NCBI GenBank assembly: GCA_000165425.1
Contig: CT868678.1
Coordinates: forward strand, 124,001 to 188,000
Source of the DNA: Paramecium tetraurelia
Lineage: Eukaryota
Length of the DNA stretch: 64,000 nt
Direction of reading: 5' to 3'
Shown here: positions 39,811-53,830 of the stretch, in pieces
How the letters are laid out: the number at the start of each line of letters is the position of its first letter
How positions within the stretch are numbered: position 1 is the first letter of the stretch
Notes under the pieces: generated by a model
Told to the model about the DNA's origin: nothing
Databases searched by the model: none
What the model saw: only the letters and a program-made list of their open reading frames with translations
Program-made: the position numbers and the translations under genes

Positions 39811-42080
39811 TCACTTTTCCAATATCGAGATTATAGAGCTAATGTTGAATTCTGGATGGAAATAAACATATTCTTGAATTGTATCTATATCATCAGCTAT
39901 TACAATATCTTAGAATTTGAAAGTTGAAGGAGACAGTTATTAGCTCCTATAATCTGTTCTAAGGCCATCCCAAAATTATTAACTACCAGGTTGTATTGAT
40001 GGTTGAAGAGATGCTTACTTGTGACATGATTTCATTTATTCTAGTAATATCTTGTCTGAAATAAAATCACCATAGCACTCTTTTGAGATTGTAGGTATAG
40101 TTATAGTCCCTTTGCTTTGTCCATTAATCATATTTCTATCGAAAAATTTCGAACTTTCAGTAGGTTCATCTTGAAGGACCGGTAATTGCTCATAGATACT
40201 ACTGCTCTCATTACTTTCAATTTCTGAACGAACTGTTACACTTATCTGTTTCTTTATTTTTATCTTCGAATTATCAATATTATTTTACTTGGTATATTTT
40301 AAAGGCTTAAGGGTCCTTCTTTGCTCTTCTTTATACTTTAATTCTTTTATTCTATTGAAAATAATCTTTTAAAATCAATTTGTAAATATCTTGTTAAACT
40401 TGGCATTTCCTCATTAAATGAAATCCTCTGCATATCAGACATCTATAATTTACATAGGATGTATCTCCTTCAAACAATATTCTATTTTTAATCATGTGGA
40501 ATGTTTCCTTTTATATTTATAAGTAACTTACTAGATCTTAATTTAAATTCAAACATTGTTTAAAATCTTCTTCCTTTATAAACAAAACTAAAAAATTATT
40601 GTTTAATTCTAAATTCAAATAATTTAATGTACTTATTTTTATATCTGAAATGTTCTTTTAAAAACAATCAATCAATCCAAACACTTTGTCAATCATAATC
40701 TATTAATATTGTCTCAATCCTTCCTTTTTGAAACTAATTAAAACTTGTCCCCTTAGAATCAAATACAAACCTCGATTTTTATTAAAATCTATTTCCTTAG
40801 TTTTTCTAAAAACTTTAATCTTTTCTGATAAGTTGATTACAAATTGTTTTGTAAAAATATGAGAAATTTCCAAATAATCTTCCATAATTTGTTGAAAAAT
40901 GATTCTCATAGCGTTTTAACCTATCTTCAATATTAGTTACAATTACTTATTTTGTGAGTTAACTGTTATTGTTAAGCTATGTAACCATCTTAAGTTTCTC
41001 AAGTAAATTTCCTTTATGATGCCAAATATAATAATGCAGAATATGCACATCAATTTTAGGCCTATTCAACAATTCAATTTTCTTTAGTCTTATCTAAATT
41101 ATGACATCGATTGAATTGAATAACATAATCAATCCTACAATTTAACTAAATATCATAGTTAAATCAGAAGATGATTCACTTACATGATAATTTGCTTAAA
41201 AAGTGAAAAAATTAATATTTATAAATAGTGAATCTCTATAACTAAGTTGAAAATCATTTTAGTATAGAACACAAGCAAATAGATGAATTAAATATAGATA
41301 ATAAATTATGATCTTTGAGATAGCCAGATAATTAAAGCATTTTTCTATATTAAGTTATTAATCTATATTACTTTTTGTAATTATGAGCAGCTTAAAAAAC
41401 TTTTCGATCTGATTATAGCCGTCATTAAAAAAATAAAGGGACAAAATTATTACTATTATTTATGTATTCAAAGTTATCTAAATCAAAAGTAATCCAACTA
41501 GCAAGATGTTTGTTATTATAAAGTCATCAATTAGCTTAAATTTGTAAATGGCTGACAAGTTCTCTTTGTGCTTCATTTATATAAACTAACATAAGATATA
41601 AGTTAGTGTAACGATAAGAATATAAAATAATAAAAAGTAAGATAAATGATTAATACTCTCATCTTCCTCAAAGAGTATAAGATGAGGGAATAAGACTGAT
41701 AATAAGGCTTTAAATATGTTGTTCCATAATATTAAAAGACAATTTATGAGTAATGCAATATGTGAAGCAGATTAAATTTCCTAATTTTTTTTCTTTTTAT
41801 TTTAGCTAATTGCTTGCTACTCCTTTCTTGGCCCATAAACTTCATCCCATCGATTGAAATTCTCAAACAAATACTGATTGATTTGATCGTAAGCATTGGG
41901 TGTATACTATTTGCTAGATGAGCCAGAGTTATTTAGATAAAAACTTTCAAAAAAAGATGGTGGTTCTAAACATTCATCTTGATAGGATTTGGGAGAATTC
42001 TTGTCAATTTTTGTAAATTTCTTTTTATGTAAAACTATTAATAAAGAAGTTTTGCTACCATCATCAAGTTAAGAATTCAT
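39811..42080 (-). CDS. Divergent CNG/K+-channel-like membrane protein with degenerate cNMP-binding domain
   Basis: Hydrophobic segments at ~41100-41700. GLYLILRGQV..KVFGLIDCF, then FHMIKNRILF..CLICRGFHLMRKC knuckle and C-terminal DIDTIQEYVYFHPEFNISSII, as in ciliate channel paralogs. No GYG pore motif seen. Exon structure not fully resolved. Confidence 0.55.
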
Positions 42081-42684
42081 TTTTTCAATATAGATAATAT
42101 TGAAAAAAACTTTAATATCATTTCTCTTATTAATATTATTTAATATTTAATAGATATTGATTTACCGAAAATTAAGAATATCGAATTATTCTTAAATAAT
42201 TATCCTTTTCATCCTTTTTTTTTATTAATTGTTCAATTACAATAATTAAAGTTCTTTTGAAATTAATTTAAGAATTTTAATTTTAAATAAAAAATATTAC
42301 ATTCCTAAGGTTTTCCTAAATTGGGATTTCATAGTATCAATTATGATTTTTTATATTACTGGAAGATGTAACATTCTTATTTTAATTTTATACTTTATAA
42401 GTTTAATATTGGTTGTATTATTGAATGTATGATCATATTTTAATTGCACTTATAAATTTTATGAAGTTAATTAAATTGAAAATAGAGTATTTTCACTGCT
42501 ATAAATTGATAATAATGAAATTACTTAACATCTTATAGATTAATTTAAATGAACCTTTATTGCTCATTAATCAGTAATGAATGTATTTATCACGATCTCC
42601 TATTAAGTAAATCTAATTTATATACTTTATTTTCTCATATTATTATGATCATATTTTAAATATATAATTTATAAAAAATAATTC

Positions 42685-43795
42685 ATCTTAACCCTTGTTT
42701 TAAAACAAATTTTAATCTCCTATCTTAAATTGCAAGACATCTATTTCTTCATTTTAAAGAGACTTTTTAAACTTCAATAATGAAATCGATAGTACTTCCT
42801 TGTAAGGTCATTCTTATGATTTTAAAAAGTGTCTACACATTCTACTTTCTCAATTAGATCCCCTCCAATATCTCGAATAATTGAATGCCATTTTCCTCCC
42901 ATATTTTATGATCAACATAAAAAGATACATCTTCGTAACTAATTGGATATTTGCTCAAGGGTTAAAATTTATTGATTGGCCAGCTTTAAATTATTCAAGA
43001 AATTTTGGATACTGAGATCAAAATAAATGAATATCTGGGTTTTATAATAAGAGGAGAGCTAATCTTTTTAATCCCAAACCTGTTGAACATCCAACTTCAG
43101 TGAGTCTCATGATTGATGTAAGTACATGCTTAACAGTTTATCAAATCATAATGAATAAAACCACATCCAAATATTTTCTAACATTTATCCTAAAAGTACA
43201 TTACTAGTTCCATAGATGGATTTGTAAATGGAAATGTAATTTCAACTCATCTTATTTATACATCCCAAAAAAAGATGCTTATCTCCAATAAATACTAAAA
43301 CATCAATATTTTCTCTATTAATTCAAATTGATGAACAGAGGTGTGACATCTCAATAAAGCATTTTCATTAATGTAATATGTGTCACTTTTTTTTGCAAAT
43401 TCTATGTAATTAAAAACACAAATACCTACTTTACAGCTAAGATTTGAGAGAAATTATTGATCATTTTAATTTCAAAGGTTATTTACTTTAATTAGCTGTT
43501 ATTGCTTCATTTTGAAAAAATGTTTCAATTCTGCCCTTAATTATCCCTCGAGGAGGCGATGCAATATTATGTAAGTCTCTGCCCATGTATTATATAATTT
43601 TATCTGTGATATTGCTATAAGAATTCTATTATTTTTTGATTTGATCTTGTAGAGAACAGAATTAGAATCGAAACAATTTTCTTAATATAAATTATATTTG
43701 TGATTTAAGTGATGTTACAAAAATTACTTAGAGTAATATTATTTAAAATAGATGATTCCTTAAACTTTCCTCTTATCAGATCTAAATAAATCCAT
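42685..43795 (-). pseudogene. FARS2: Mitochondrial phenylalanyl-tRNA synthetase pseudogene
   Basis: GRDLHN, SDTYYINENALLRCHTSVHQ, R*VEITFPFTNPSME, FGCGFIH, GIKRLAL..PDIHLF*SQYPKFLEQF, FQPLSKYPISYEDVSFY. Several frameshifts, TGA at conserved Trp positions, and internal deletions. Confidence 0.85.
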
Positions 43796-43878
43796 CTTAA
43801 TATAAATTAAATATAGCGATAAATATTTATAAAGTTAGATTTTTAATCATTTTAGTTATGTATTCAACTATCTGTCCG

Positions 43879-44419
43879 TCAAAAATTTTAATTTTTTTTA
43901 TCTAAGTGCTCCATACCCAGCCTATATAAATGGATTTGTAATCTAGTTTAGATTCAAGTTCTTGCTTTTAGGAGGATAATTCTCTTAAGGTATGGTTTTT
44001 TTGACCAGTGAGGATATCTCGTCATTTTAAAATGGATGATTATTCATCCTGGTATTTAAAACTGGTGCAATAGGTTGAGTAAGCATGTATTTAGGATCGT
44101 CATATACTCTTTTAGGTATTGCTACAATTTCATACTAATCCAAATTAATTTTTTATAGATCTTGCAAAAACCTGTGAGATGGGTATCCTGATAATGTTGA
44201 TGGAGTCATGTCGAAATCAGTTTGTTATTATAGGATAGTCTCAGCATTTTTTTAAAACTTCTGAAAGAAGTATGATTGTGCAATGGTGTTTGTGTTGGTC
44301 TGTGTATTTGTAGAATCAAATTGTTTTTTGATAGGTTGAGATGTACTCTAGAGAATGCCTAGAACACCATTTTTATTCATGGTTGATGTTCTTCCTTAGA
44401 AGCGAGTCTTGAAATCCAT
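43879..44419 (-). CDS. Hypothetical protein (~179 aa)
   Basis: MDFKTRFQGRTSTMNKNGVLG... open to GYGALRQKKLNF*. Confidence 0.7.
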
Positions 44420-44562
44420 ATGCTATTAAATTATTTTTATATCATTTTTCACAACAGATGGCAATTAGAGTATCTATTGAATTTACATAAATTAACAGAT
44501 AAATATGTATGGTATTAATTTAAGTAATTGAAAACATAAGGAAAACGAAGTTATAATACATT

Positions 44563-46180
44563 TCATTATTGATCTTCGACAGTTTCATCGCATTCTTTAA
44601 TGCCCAATACATCAAGAGTAGAGATAATTTAATTAAATTTATTGTTGAACCCAGTATCTTACTAACTATCAGCCAACCCTAAATTGATATCAATACTGCA
44701 TTCAATTTTGGCACCCATCTAATTCATAAATTAGCCAAAAGTATTCTTTTTAGTGTCTTAGCCAACCTGGGTTTCATTGACAGAATTACCCAAATCGACA
44801 CTTGATTATATATTTCCCAGATCCCCAAAGTAATCTTAAGTCAGATGATCAGAGGAAACTATAAATGAAAATTAATAATACCAATGCTTTAAGTAGAACC
44901 AACGCCAAGATTACATTAAGTAGTCGTGTTGACATCAAGAACTTTACTAATTGTAACTCCTTGGCTATTCCCAAGGGAATTGACCAATTGAATGAACCCA
45001 GCACATTTATCACTATTTCTCCTTTAGATAATATGAACATTTCCCAGTTCCTACATCAAATCCTCAAGAACAATCTGCTAATACTCTTGGCCCAAATGAA
45101 GTGTCTTCAATGCTCTATGAATACTCTACTTCTGATCTACAGACAAACTTGTTTGGAGAGATTGGCATTTATTCAAAAATAAGTTGTCATCATCGTCAAT
45201 AATTTTAGTAGATGATAACATTGCCAAGGTAGTGTAGATCTTATTCTTCTCTATGAAAGGATGGTTCAATGCATCTTAGGGTCCAATTCTCTTTTTAGGA
45301 TCCTACTAAAGCAAACGAGATATGAGATTCTGAGCACTTAAGGATTCCCCCTTTATACGGTTCTTAAAATTCCACAATTCAGGCTTACTTAATAGTTCTA
45401 TGTGATCACTTGGATTCTCATTTTGGAGAGGCAATTCTCCTGTCATACATTGGAACATTATGACACCAATACTCCATAAATCAATCTCTTTTGAATAATT
45501 AGTTTGATGGTATATTTCTGGGGCACAATAATAGATGTTGCCTGTCTTAGTCAGCATATCGTGATGTTGATTCTTCCACAGAAATCTTCTGGAAACTCCA
45601 AAATCAAGCAACTTCAATTCACAATTCCCATCCACATTTACCAAGATGTTATCTGGCTTGATATCTCTATGACTTATGCCTTTACTATGTATGTGTCCAA
45701 CAGCCATGAGCAATTACTTGACGATATTTCTCACCTCATCCTCCTTTAAAGTGACTCTATCTTTTAGGATTTGCTCCAATGATGGGTATGGACAATATTC
45801 CATTACCAAACTGGCCGTGTAATATTTTTCATTAATATAGAGTTCGTATTCTTATATTATATTCTAGTGTCTCAAACAACGAGAATTATTAAATGTCCTT
45901 TTCACGTTATTGTAAACTTCCTCATTGTTCATTCTCATTATTTTTACTGCAAACAAATCATTTGTTCCCTTTCTTTTAGCCAGTTTCACTACTGCATGTG
46001 CTCCTTACCCTGAACATTTACATATTTAATACCCAATAATTCTTGTGATTCGTACCTATCTTCAAATCTTAGGGCATCGTCAACACTGCTCAAGCTAATA
46101 ATTTGTCCTTTCTCCTCCTCGTCCTCACTAAATTCAATCTTGCATTTTAAGCGATCTTTTAGATTACTTATTTGAAGCAT
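44563..46180 (-). CDS. Ser/Thr protein kinase (CAMK group)
   Basis: LGQGAHAVVK, AVK, HRDIKPDN, DFG, YCAPE, DLWSIG. Long C-terminal tail ending ECDETVEDQQ*. Short introns. Confidence 0.92.
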
Positions 46181-46499
46181 TCTCTTTTTAAACAAAAATT
46201 TATAAATAATTTCAAAACTATACACTATTTAATATTTTAATAATATCAATAATATTTCTATCCAAACAACTTAGTTATTTAAAATTGAATAAATCTTTCT
46301 TAATTTTATTTCAAATTCCCTATTTTTTTAATATTGGAGCCAATCCTAAAATCAAAGCAGATCATCTCAATGGCAAAAGATCTTTAAGAATATATATAAA
46401 TAAAAATTAAAGAACATTTCATTAATACTTATAACTTATATTATAAAGGTTTTTATAATCCAACATTCAATTACTTTATTGAATTTTAAACAAGATGTT

Positions 46500-47878
46500 G
46501 ATTCAAAAACCCCATAATTAAAAATTCATTTATTGTAATTTCAATTTAAAAAATTAAGATGATCACATTAAGGAAAACACAATTAGTGCTTTTCTTTGAG
46601 AACTTAACAAAGCTTTGAGAATATCATCACTCTACTTTCAATAGAAATAGACTCATTCTATAAGTCCTCTACTGGTACCTTCACTTGAACTTAAGTACAA
46701 ACCTTACTAATTTTTTCCTTAAACTCGTGTGATTATTAATATTTCTTGAAATTTTCAATCACATCCTAAGTTGGAATTAGATTCTTAGATAGTTACACAC
46801 TAATTTTTGTAAAAGAGTTTCTCATAATGGATTCATCCAGTCCATCTATCCTGGGTAGAGATGATGATCTTAATTTCATGTTTGTAAATATCAATTTCTA
46901 TTGTTTGTCAACCAACGATCTTTTATTTCTATCAGCAATAGTTGGGACTTGTATAAAATGTGTGAGAGTTTATTATGGCTTTTAGGCTTGATTTTATTTG
47001 AATAATTCATTTTATGCCTCCAATAGAGTAGATTGATGTTCAAGTTCAACCTTTTAAGCTTTGAGAATCAATTTAACTTCTTTGTATTTAATGATAGATT
47101 GTTTTAATTTATCCTCGTACTATCTGATGGTTCTATCAAAAAGTACTCTTAATTCTTGATTTTGTTATTCTATGTAATCAACCTCCTAATACTTCAATGT
47201 GGTTTGTTGTTCTTGATCAATGAGATTGTTTTTGTTCTTTTGGTTAGATAATAGTTTTTTTAATATGATTTTGGAATTGGATTTTGAGTTACTTCTAATG
47301 TTGTCACGAAGTTATTGAGTCACTGAATCAATAATATCAACGGAATTTGGATTTTCGATGTCGGTGTTGTGGCTGTCAATGATTTGCTTGTTGTTTTATG
47401 CAAGAGATTGAATAGATTCATGCAATTCATTGATGTGTTTAGCTGCATCACTTTCATTGATTGTATTGAATCTACTCTTATGTTTTCGACTTTATTCAAG
47501 GAGATGTTCGAAAGGCAGATTGCCTGAATGAGGAGTCAATAGTAATTCAAATTGTTGAATCCAATTTAGGAGATTTGAGATCAATAATAGATGAAATCCT
47601 GACAGGTTCTATGTAATAATGAATAAAATAGTTTACTTTTATAAGATCACCAATAAACTCTAAGTCGAGATCACTCAAGTTTAGAATCAATTGTTCTTCA
47701 CAAGCAGTCACAATCCTACAATATTATCTTAAATCTGTGATGTAACCTTGCTGAATATTTGAATGTCTCTCTTGAAATTGATCTTATGCTTTGTTTAGTA
47801 TTTTCTTAATCTTGGCACTCAATGTTCTTAGTCTATCGGGTTTATTTAAATAGTGTACATTTCCCATCTCTACTCCAT
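46500..47878 (-). CDS. Coiled-coil hypothetical protein
   Basis: MEQRWEILRTLSAKIKKIL..., two introns, open to ..KHQLCFPQCDHL. 3' end approximate. Confidence 0.6.
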
Positions 47879-47899
47879 TATATAAAATTATTATTAGGA

Positions 47900-49365
47900 A
47901 TGAAATCTCTTTTTGCAATAATTAAGACGAGAGACGAGGATCGCAAAATTCTGTATGCAAGTGAAGAGCAATTCAATTTGGATTAAGTGTTTAATATAAG
48001 AGATGGAGAGAATTCCGACATTGTTACATATCGAGATAAAATTACACAATTCTTTTAGCAATTTTAATATTGTAATTCAATATTCAATTTAGAATAGTTG
48101 GACTCATTCAAAAAAGCAATTTTCTTGGTTATTCAACCAACTTCATCATCGATTTCTTTTCACAGGAACGAAAAGCATAATGTCATGAATTAATGATCGA
48201 AGATCTGATATTTTATATCCAGGCCATCAAGGAGCCTGTGTCAATTACTCTAGTATTGGTGATCTAGAAGGAGAGTTAGTACAACTCTCAATATGCCTCC
48301 TATTGTTTAACTTTTATAAAGAAGTGCTTATAGAAAATAGAGAAGGAGTCAAAGGCATTAACTAGAATGTCGAATCTTATCATCCAAAATGTACTAAGGT
48401 TTATAACATTAGATAAGTCAATTTGAGAAGGAGATTAATTCGCAGATTCCAGAATATGAGAAACAGAAATGCAAATCAATTTAGGTGAGGGATAATGTGA
48501 CTAATATTGCTCGAAAATATTTGGATTCCTGTGAGTTAAGAAGAAATTTGAATCAGTTTTGCCAGGCTTTTGTAAATAGAAAAATGATTAATTTCTTTCA
48601 AGTACAATTCAACTCTATATTTAGATACAAATGACACCTCCTCAATAGGATTTAATGTTGAACCCCATAGCCATAGTTATAAAACCATATCAAACCTTGT
48701 TGGTCGCTAATTTCATTGGAAAGGATGATAATACTTACATTTCATAAAGGTTCTTGACCTTCATTCAGAAGATGTAACCCACAAAATCATTTCAAGAGAT
48801 GTCCAACTTGTACTATTTTTCAATGACTGAAATTCAGGTCTATGTCAATCATATTATGATGAACAATCAAAATTAAATGAGTTTGCTTCTCAATAAGTTA
48901 ACAGATGATTCCTATTTTACTATTGCGTGCACTCAAACTCATAAAAAGTTGGCTGAGAAAATTCCATTAAAATAATATGTTTCATACATCAAATGCCCAA
49001 TGAGTTCTCAATAATTAAGATAAGATAGAATAGAGAAAATAGAGAGTCAGTTCTGTAATATTATTGGATTTAGGTTGATTCGTGAATGCCAGGTTTATTT
49101 ATATCAAAAGGATCCTACCTTGACTTAGAAGAAAGTTGAGGATGAGATTAATAAAATTGCTGCTGAATTGACAAAGAGCAAAGACAAATAAGGAGAAAGA
49201 GAAAAGAAATTCACTCAATTAATTCGATTCTATCAATCACTTCTCAAATTTCTGGGAAAACCATACACAGTGTAAGAGATCGCTTATTAAAAGAATATGG
49301 ATATCAGTAGACTCTGGGCACATATCCATTGGCTTAAATCTTTGGTTGGATTTTATTGCTTATGA
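47900..49365 (+). CDS. NPRL3: NPRL3-like (GATOR1/SEACIT subunit)
   Basis: Motifs in family order: FLGYSTNFIIDFF..CHELMIEDLIF, CELRRNLNQFCQAF, IKPYQTLL..FIQKMQPTKSFQEMS, RLIRECQVYLY, LLKFLGKPYTVQEIAYQKNMDISRLW. Three introns. Confidence 0.7.
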
Positions 49366-49686
49366 TATATTTTAATAAATGATTCTAATCTTTGTGAATA
49401 ATTATTATTTAGAGTTTTTAGATTATTCTAAAAACAAAAGACTACTTAAAAGTAAATTTAAAATTTGAAAACAAAATTTTATTAAATCATAATTCCTTAG
49501 TCTATATTTGAATAAATTGAAATCTGCCAAGCATTCATTTTTAAATATATTATAGTATTGAAAGAGTATCGATTCTATGAATTTTATATTATTTAAGATT
49601 TCTTATACTTAAAGCTAATATAAATCGTAAAATATCACTTCATAATTAATATTTTAATGTAAATAATATAATAATAATTGAATATA

Positions 49687-52600
49687 TCATTTCTTTTTCT
49701 CTACTAAAGTTGGTTTGATTTGAAAAGCCTTTTCATAGTTCTTGTTTGACTCATCAATCTTCCCTTGATTTTCCAAGGCACATCCTTTATTGTAGTAAGC
49801 CTCGGCACAATTAGGTTGAAGTTGAATGGCTAGATCATAGTTCTTAATTGCCTCATCAACCTTGCCTTTCCTATACATGAGAGTGCCCTAAAATAAATAG
49901 AAAGAGTACCTTCTCAACATACAATAGTGCCATTTCAGGTGATAATTTATATGCTTATTCCAAGGCATTCAATGCATCATCAAATTGTTCCAAGCCTTAC
50001 AAAGCTATACTTTTATTGTAGTAGGTCTCTGGATCTTAAGTCTTCCCCTTGATTGCCTTATCATAGATCTCAACAGCCTCTTTAAAGTTCTCCTTCTCAT
50101 ACAAAGTCGTTCCCTTGTTATGATAAGCTTTCACAAAGTCGTTCTTCAATTTGATGGCTTCATCAAAACATTGTAAAGCTTAAGAGTAATCCTGTTTGGC
50201 ACAGAAAATCACTCCCTGGTTGGAATGGGCTTCAGGATTATGAACTTTCAATTTAATGGCTTCCATATATTCATTCTAGGACAACTCCAATTTGTTCTAC
50301 TTGTAATACAACACACCAAGATTATTGTGAGCTTCAGCATTATTTTAATCAGTCTTCAGAGCTTACTTAAGTAAATCGAGTGCTTATGAATATTTCTCAG
50401 TTTCAATAAGGAGTGTAGCTTGATTCGACAGACATTGTGGGAAGGTTGGCAACAATTGAAGAGCCATCTAATAAGATGAAATAGCTTTGTCTGTTTGCTT
50501 CTACTTTTAGGCAATGATTCCATAAGCATTATGAATATAAGGAGAGTCTTTAATTTGACTTGCCTTCTATAGTAGTTTGTTGGCTTCAATTAAATTTTCC
50601 TATGCAATTAACACATTGGCCTTATTCACCAAGGCTTCCATCGGTAATTGATCATTCCTATTGGATTGCTTAATCAAATATTTTATTTGCTTCGTCATAT
50701 CTTTTCAAGTAAAAAAGTGAAGCACCTAAATTATTTAAGGTTTATGCGTTCTTGACTTCCAACTTAAGAGATTATTGCAACATTTAAACTGATTCATCAT
50801 ACCTTCCCATCAAATAGAGAGTGACTCCCTTATTATTCAATGCCTCAGGGTATCTGTTGTTAAGATTAATTGCTTAGTCATAGCATTTCAGAGCATCTTC
50901 ATATTAACCTATATTTGAGTATACAATTCCCAATCCATTTTGGGCTTATGAGTGACGAGGATTCAATTGTAATGATACTTCGTATTTTTATCTTGCCTCT
51001 TCAAAGCGATCGCAATTCCTCAAGGCAGTTGCAAAGGCTATCAATGCTTCTGAATTACTATTTAACCATTGCAAATTAGAAATCAATTCGCATTATTGAA
51101 CTGCCTATTGATGCTCACCCATTTCCTAAAATGTGATACTCAAATTAATCCTTGCAGAATCATATTCAGGATTAATCTCTACTGCCTTCGAAAAGTATTA
51201 CTAGGCTTAGGCTAAGTTCTTTTGATTGAAATAGATTGTTCCTTTGTTATTGTAGGCTTTGAAGAAATTTGGATCAATATTGATGACTTCATCTAGAATA
51301 GTCAATGCTTCATCCTATCTCTTCAGATCAATCAAGGTGACTGCTTTGTTATTCAACAAAGTAGGATTGTTGGGACTTAATTTAATAGCCTTCTCTAATT
51401 CCTTAATCGCTTCTTCAGGTTTGCTTAGATTTAGTAAGGAGACAGCCTTATTATTCAGGGATTTCTCTGAGTCCGACTTTAATTTGAATGCAGCATCGAA
51501 TGTAATCACAGCATCTTTGGACAATCCACTCTCAAGTTGAGCAACTCCTTTGTTGAATTAGCCTTCAAAGAAATTTGGTTTTTGTTGAACAGCTTTCGAA
51601 AAGCATTCCAATGCTTCTTCATATTTCATCAATTGCTTTAGTAGACATCCTTTTAAGAAGAAACTCTCGTAATCATTGCTTTCTAATTGATTGTACTTGT
51701 CTAAACTATTGATGGCTTCAGCATATCTTTTTAATTTGATATAGGCAGCTGCCTCATTGAATACAGCATCCTTGAATGTTGGCTGGATATCAAATGATCT
51801 TGTGAATTGAATTAAAGCCTATTCATAATTTTCAAGATTGTAATAGGTGATTCCTAAATTGAAATATGCCCAAGAATTCTAAGAGTTTTATTCGATCGCA
51901 TGTTGATATGATTGAATGGCATCATCAAAATGTTTGAGGTTGGTGTATGCAATACCCTCCTAGAAATTGGCTGATGAACTGTAAACACTTTCTAGTTGAA
52001 TGGCTTGATCATATAATTGAATAGCATCTTCATACTTATTCAATTCCAATAAGCAATTACCTTTAAAGTAGTAGATATCCTCAACATCAGTTCCTTAACT
52101 AAGTTGAATAGCTTCGTCATAATTTTGTATGGCTTCATTAAATTTCTTTAGATTTTTCAAGCATATTCCCCTATTGATAAATGCGAATTTGCACTCATTC
52201 TTAGGTTTAAGCTGAATTGCCTTATTAAATTATCTGATGGCATCCTCATACTAATTCAAATTACACAATGCAACTCCTTTATTATACAAACCATCAGCAT
52301 AATCTCCTTTGCCTGACACAGACGCATTGAAATGTTTCAAAGCCTCATCAAATTGTTAATTGAGTAACAAAATGACTCCGAGATTATTATGAACTACTTA
52401 ATTCTCTTATCTCTTCAGTACCTCCTAGAAGCATTCCTAGGCAAAGGCAAGATTATTAAGATAATACTCAACAATTCCCTGAACATGATTGTAGCCTCCA
52501 TGTCATCTTCCTAATGAATCACATACATTTCGATTTCCTTTTTAGAGTATTCATAATTTTTTAAATACAATGAACAAATTGCCTGATTGAAGTGACCTTC

Positions 52601-53795
52601 CAAAGTATCCCTCAACTATTAAGACTCCTATAACAATTGCAAGGCTTCTTTGTATTTCTTCAATTAGAAATTGCAGACTCCATAATTGAAGACTACTTCA
52701 AAGTTGTTGCCATCTATATCATAAGCCTGACTCAACAACAAAGCAGCTTGCTCATACTTCTTAGTCTCATATAGAGAGATCCCTTTACCCAATAAGACCT
52801 GAACGTTCTTAGGTTGATGCTTCATCACCTAATCAAAGCACTTGTTTGCTTCGTCATACTTCTTCATTCTCAGCAATGTCGATGCCTTGTTTAACATAGG
52901 GATGGCAAAACCTACTTGTATTTGGAGAGCTGTGTCGAATTAGGTGATGGCATCTTGATATTGTAGCAGATGATAGTAACAAACACCCAAATTATTATAA
53001 GCATCCTTATAATCTTGTTTCAATTAGACAGCCTTCTAAAAATACTCCACTCCTTCTTTGTACTTTGTATTCTAAATAAATAGCAACCCTGCGTCGTTAT
53101 AAGCCTTTGGATAGTTTTGTCTTATCTCTATTGCTTTCGTATAATTTTCAAGGGATTCTTCAAAAATGCCAAGGTTCCTCAAGGAATCTGCTTTTTTTTT
53201 GAAGACTTCAGCATATTTTTAATTATATTCTAGTGCATTATCGTAGGATTAGATTGAGAATTTGTATTCTTTCAATTTTCTGTAGGTATCTCCAAGGGCT
53301 TTATGCGCCTAGTAAAAGTCAGGCTAGAGGGAATATTAGGGAAAACAGTTACTTTCAGCGATATTGCTTATTTATACTAATTGACTGCTTCTTGTAAATT
53401 GCCCATCTTCCTAATTGTATCGCCCTTGTACTTCAATGGGTTTGGGTAGGATTGGCGATGCTTGAGGGCTTGATCCAAATAGTTGAGGGCTTTTTCATAC
53501 TAGTAAAACTATGGCCAGACAGACTTACTTGATTGAGGTTGTACAATGCAATTCCCATGCTACACAAGGCTTCAGGAAAGCTTGGCCTCAAATTCTAAGG
53601 ATTGTTTGAAGTAATTGATAGCTTCATCAAATTTCTTACGGTACATATAGACCAAGCCTAAATTGTAGTACCCCTCCACAAATTGCGTATTTTTTTGTTT
53701 ATCGACTATTGATACCAGTTGATGGCCTAGTCGAATTCCTTCTTTTGAAAGAACTCGTTACCAAGCTTGATCATAGTTTCAGGATGCAGCCACAT
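49687..53795 (-). CDS. Long TPR-repeat protein (carries apparent frameshifts)
   Basis: More than 30 tandem 34-aa TPRs (AYYNKG..L..L..Y.EAI..YD.AI.L.P) and short introns. Frame breaks at ~53690, ~53591, ~52492 and ~50663. Confidence 0.88.
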
Positions 53796-53830
53796 TAAAT
53801 TAAATAAATTATAAATTGAGAGAGGATGTT

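Noticed and set aside
44865..45182. Plus-strand 105-aa ORF in the supplied track (and similar, e.g. 51259-51540, 59888-60175, 19794-20009)
   Set aside because: These are antisense shadows of well-supported minus-strand genes.
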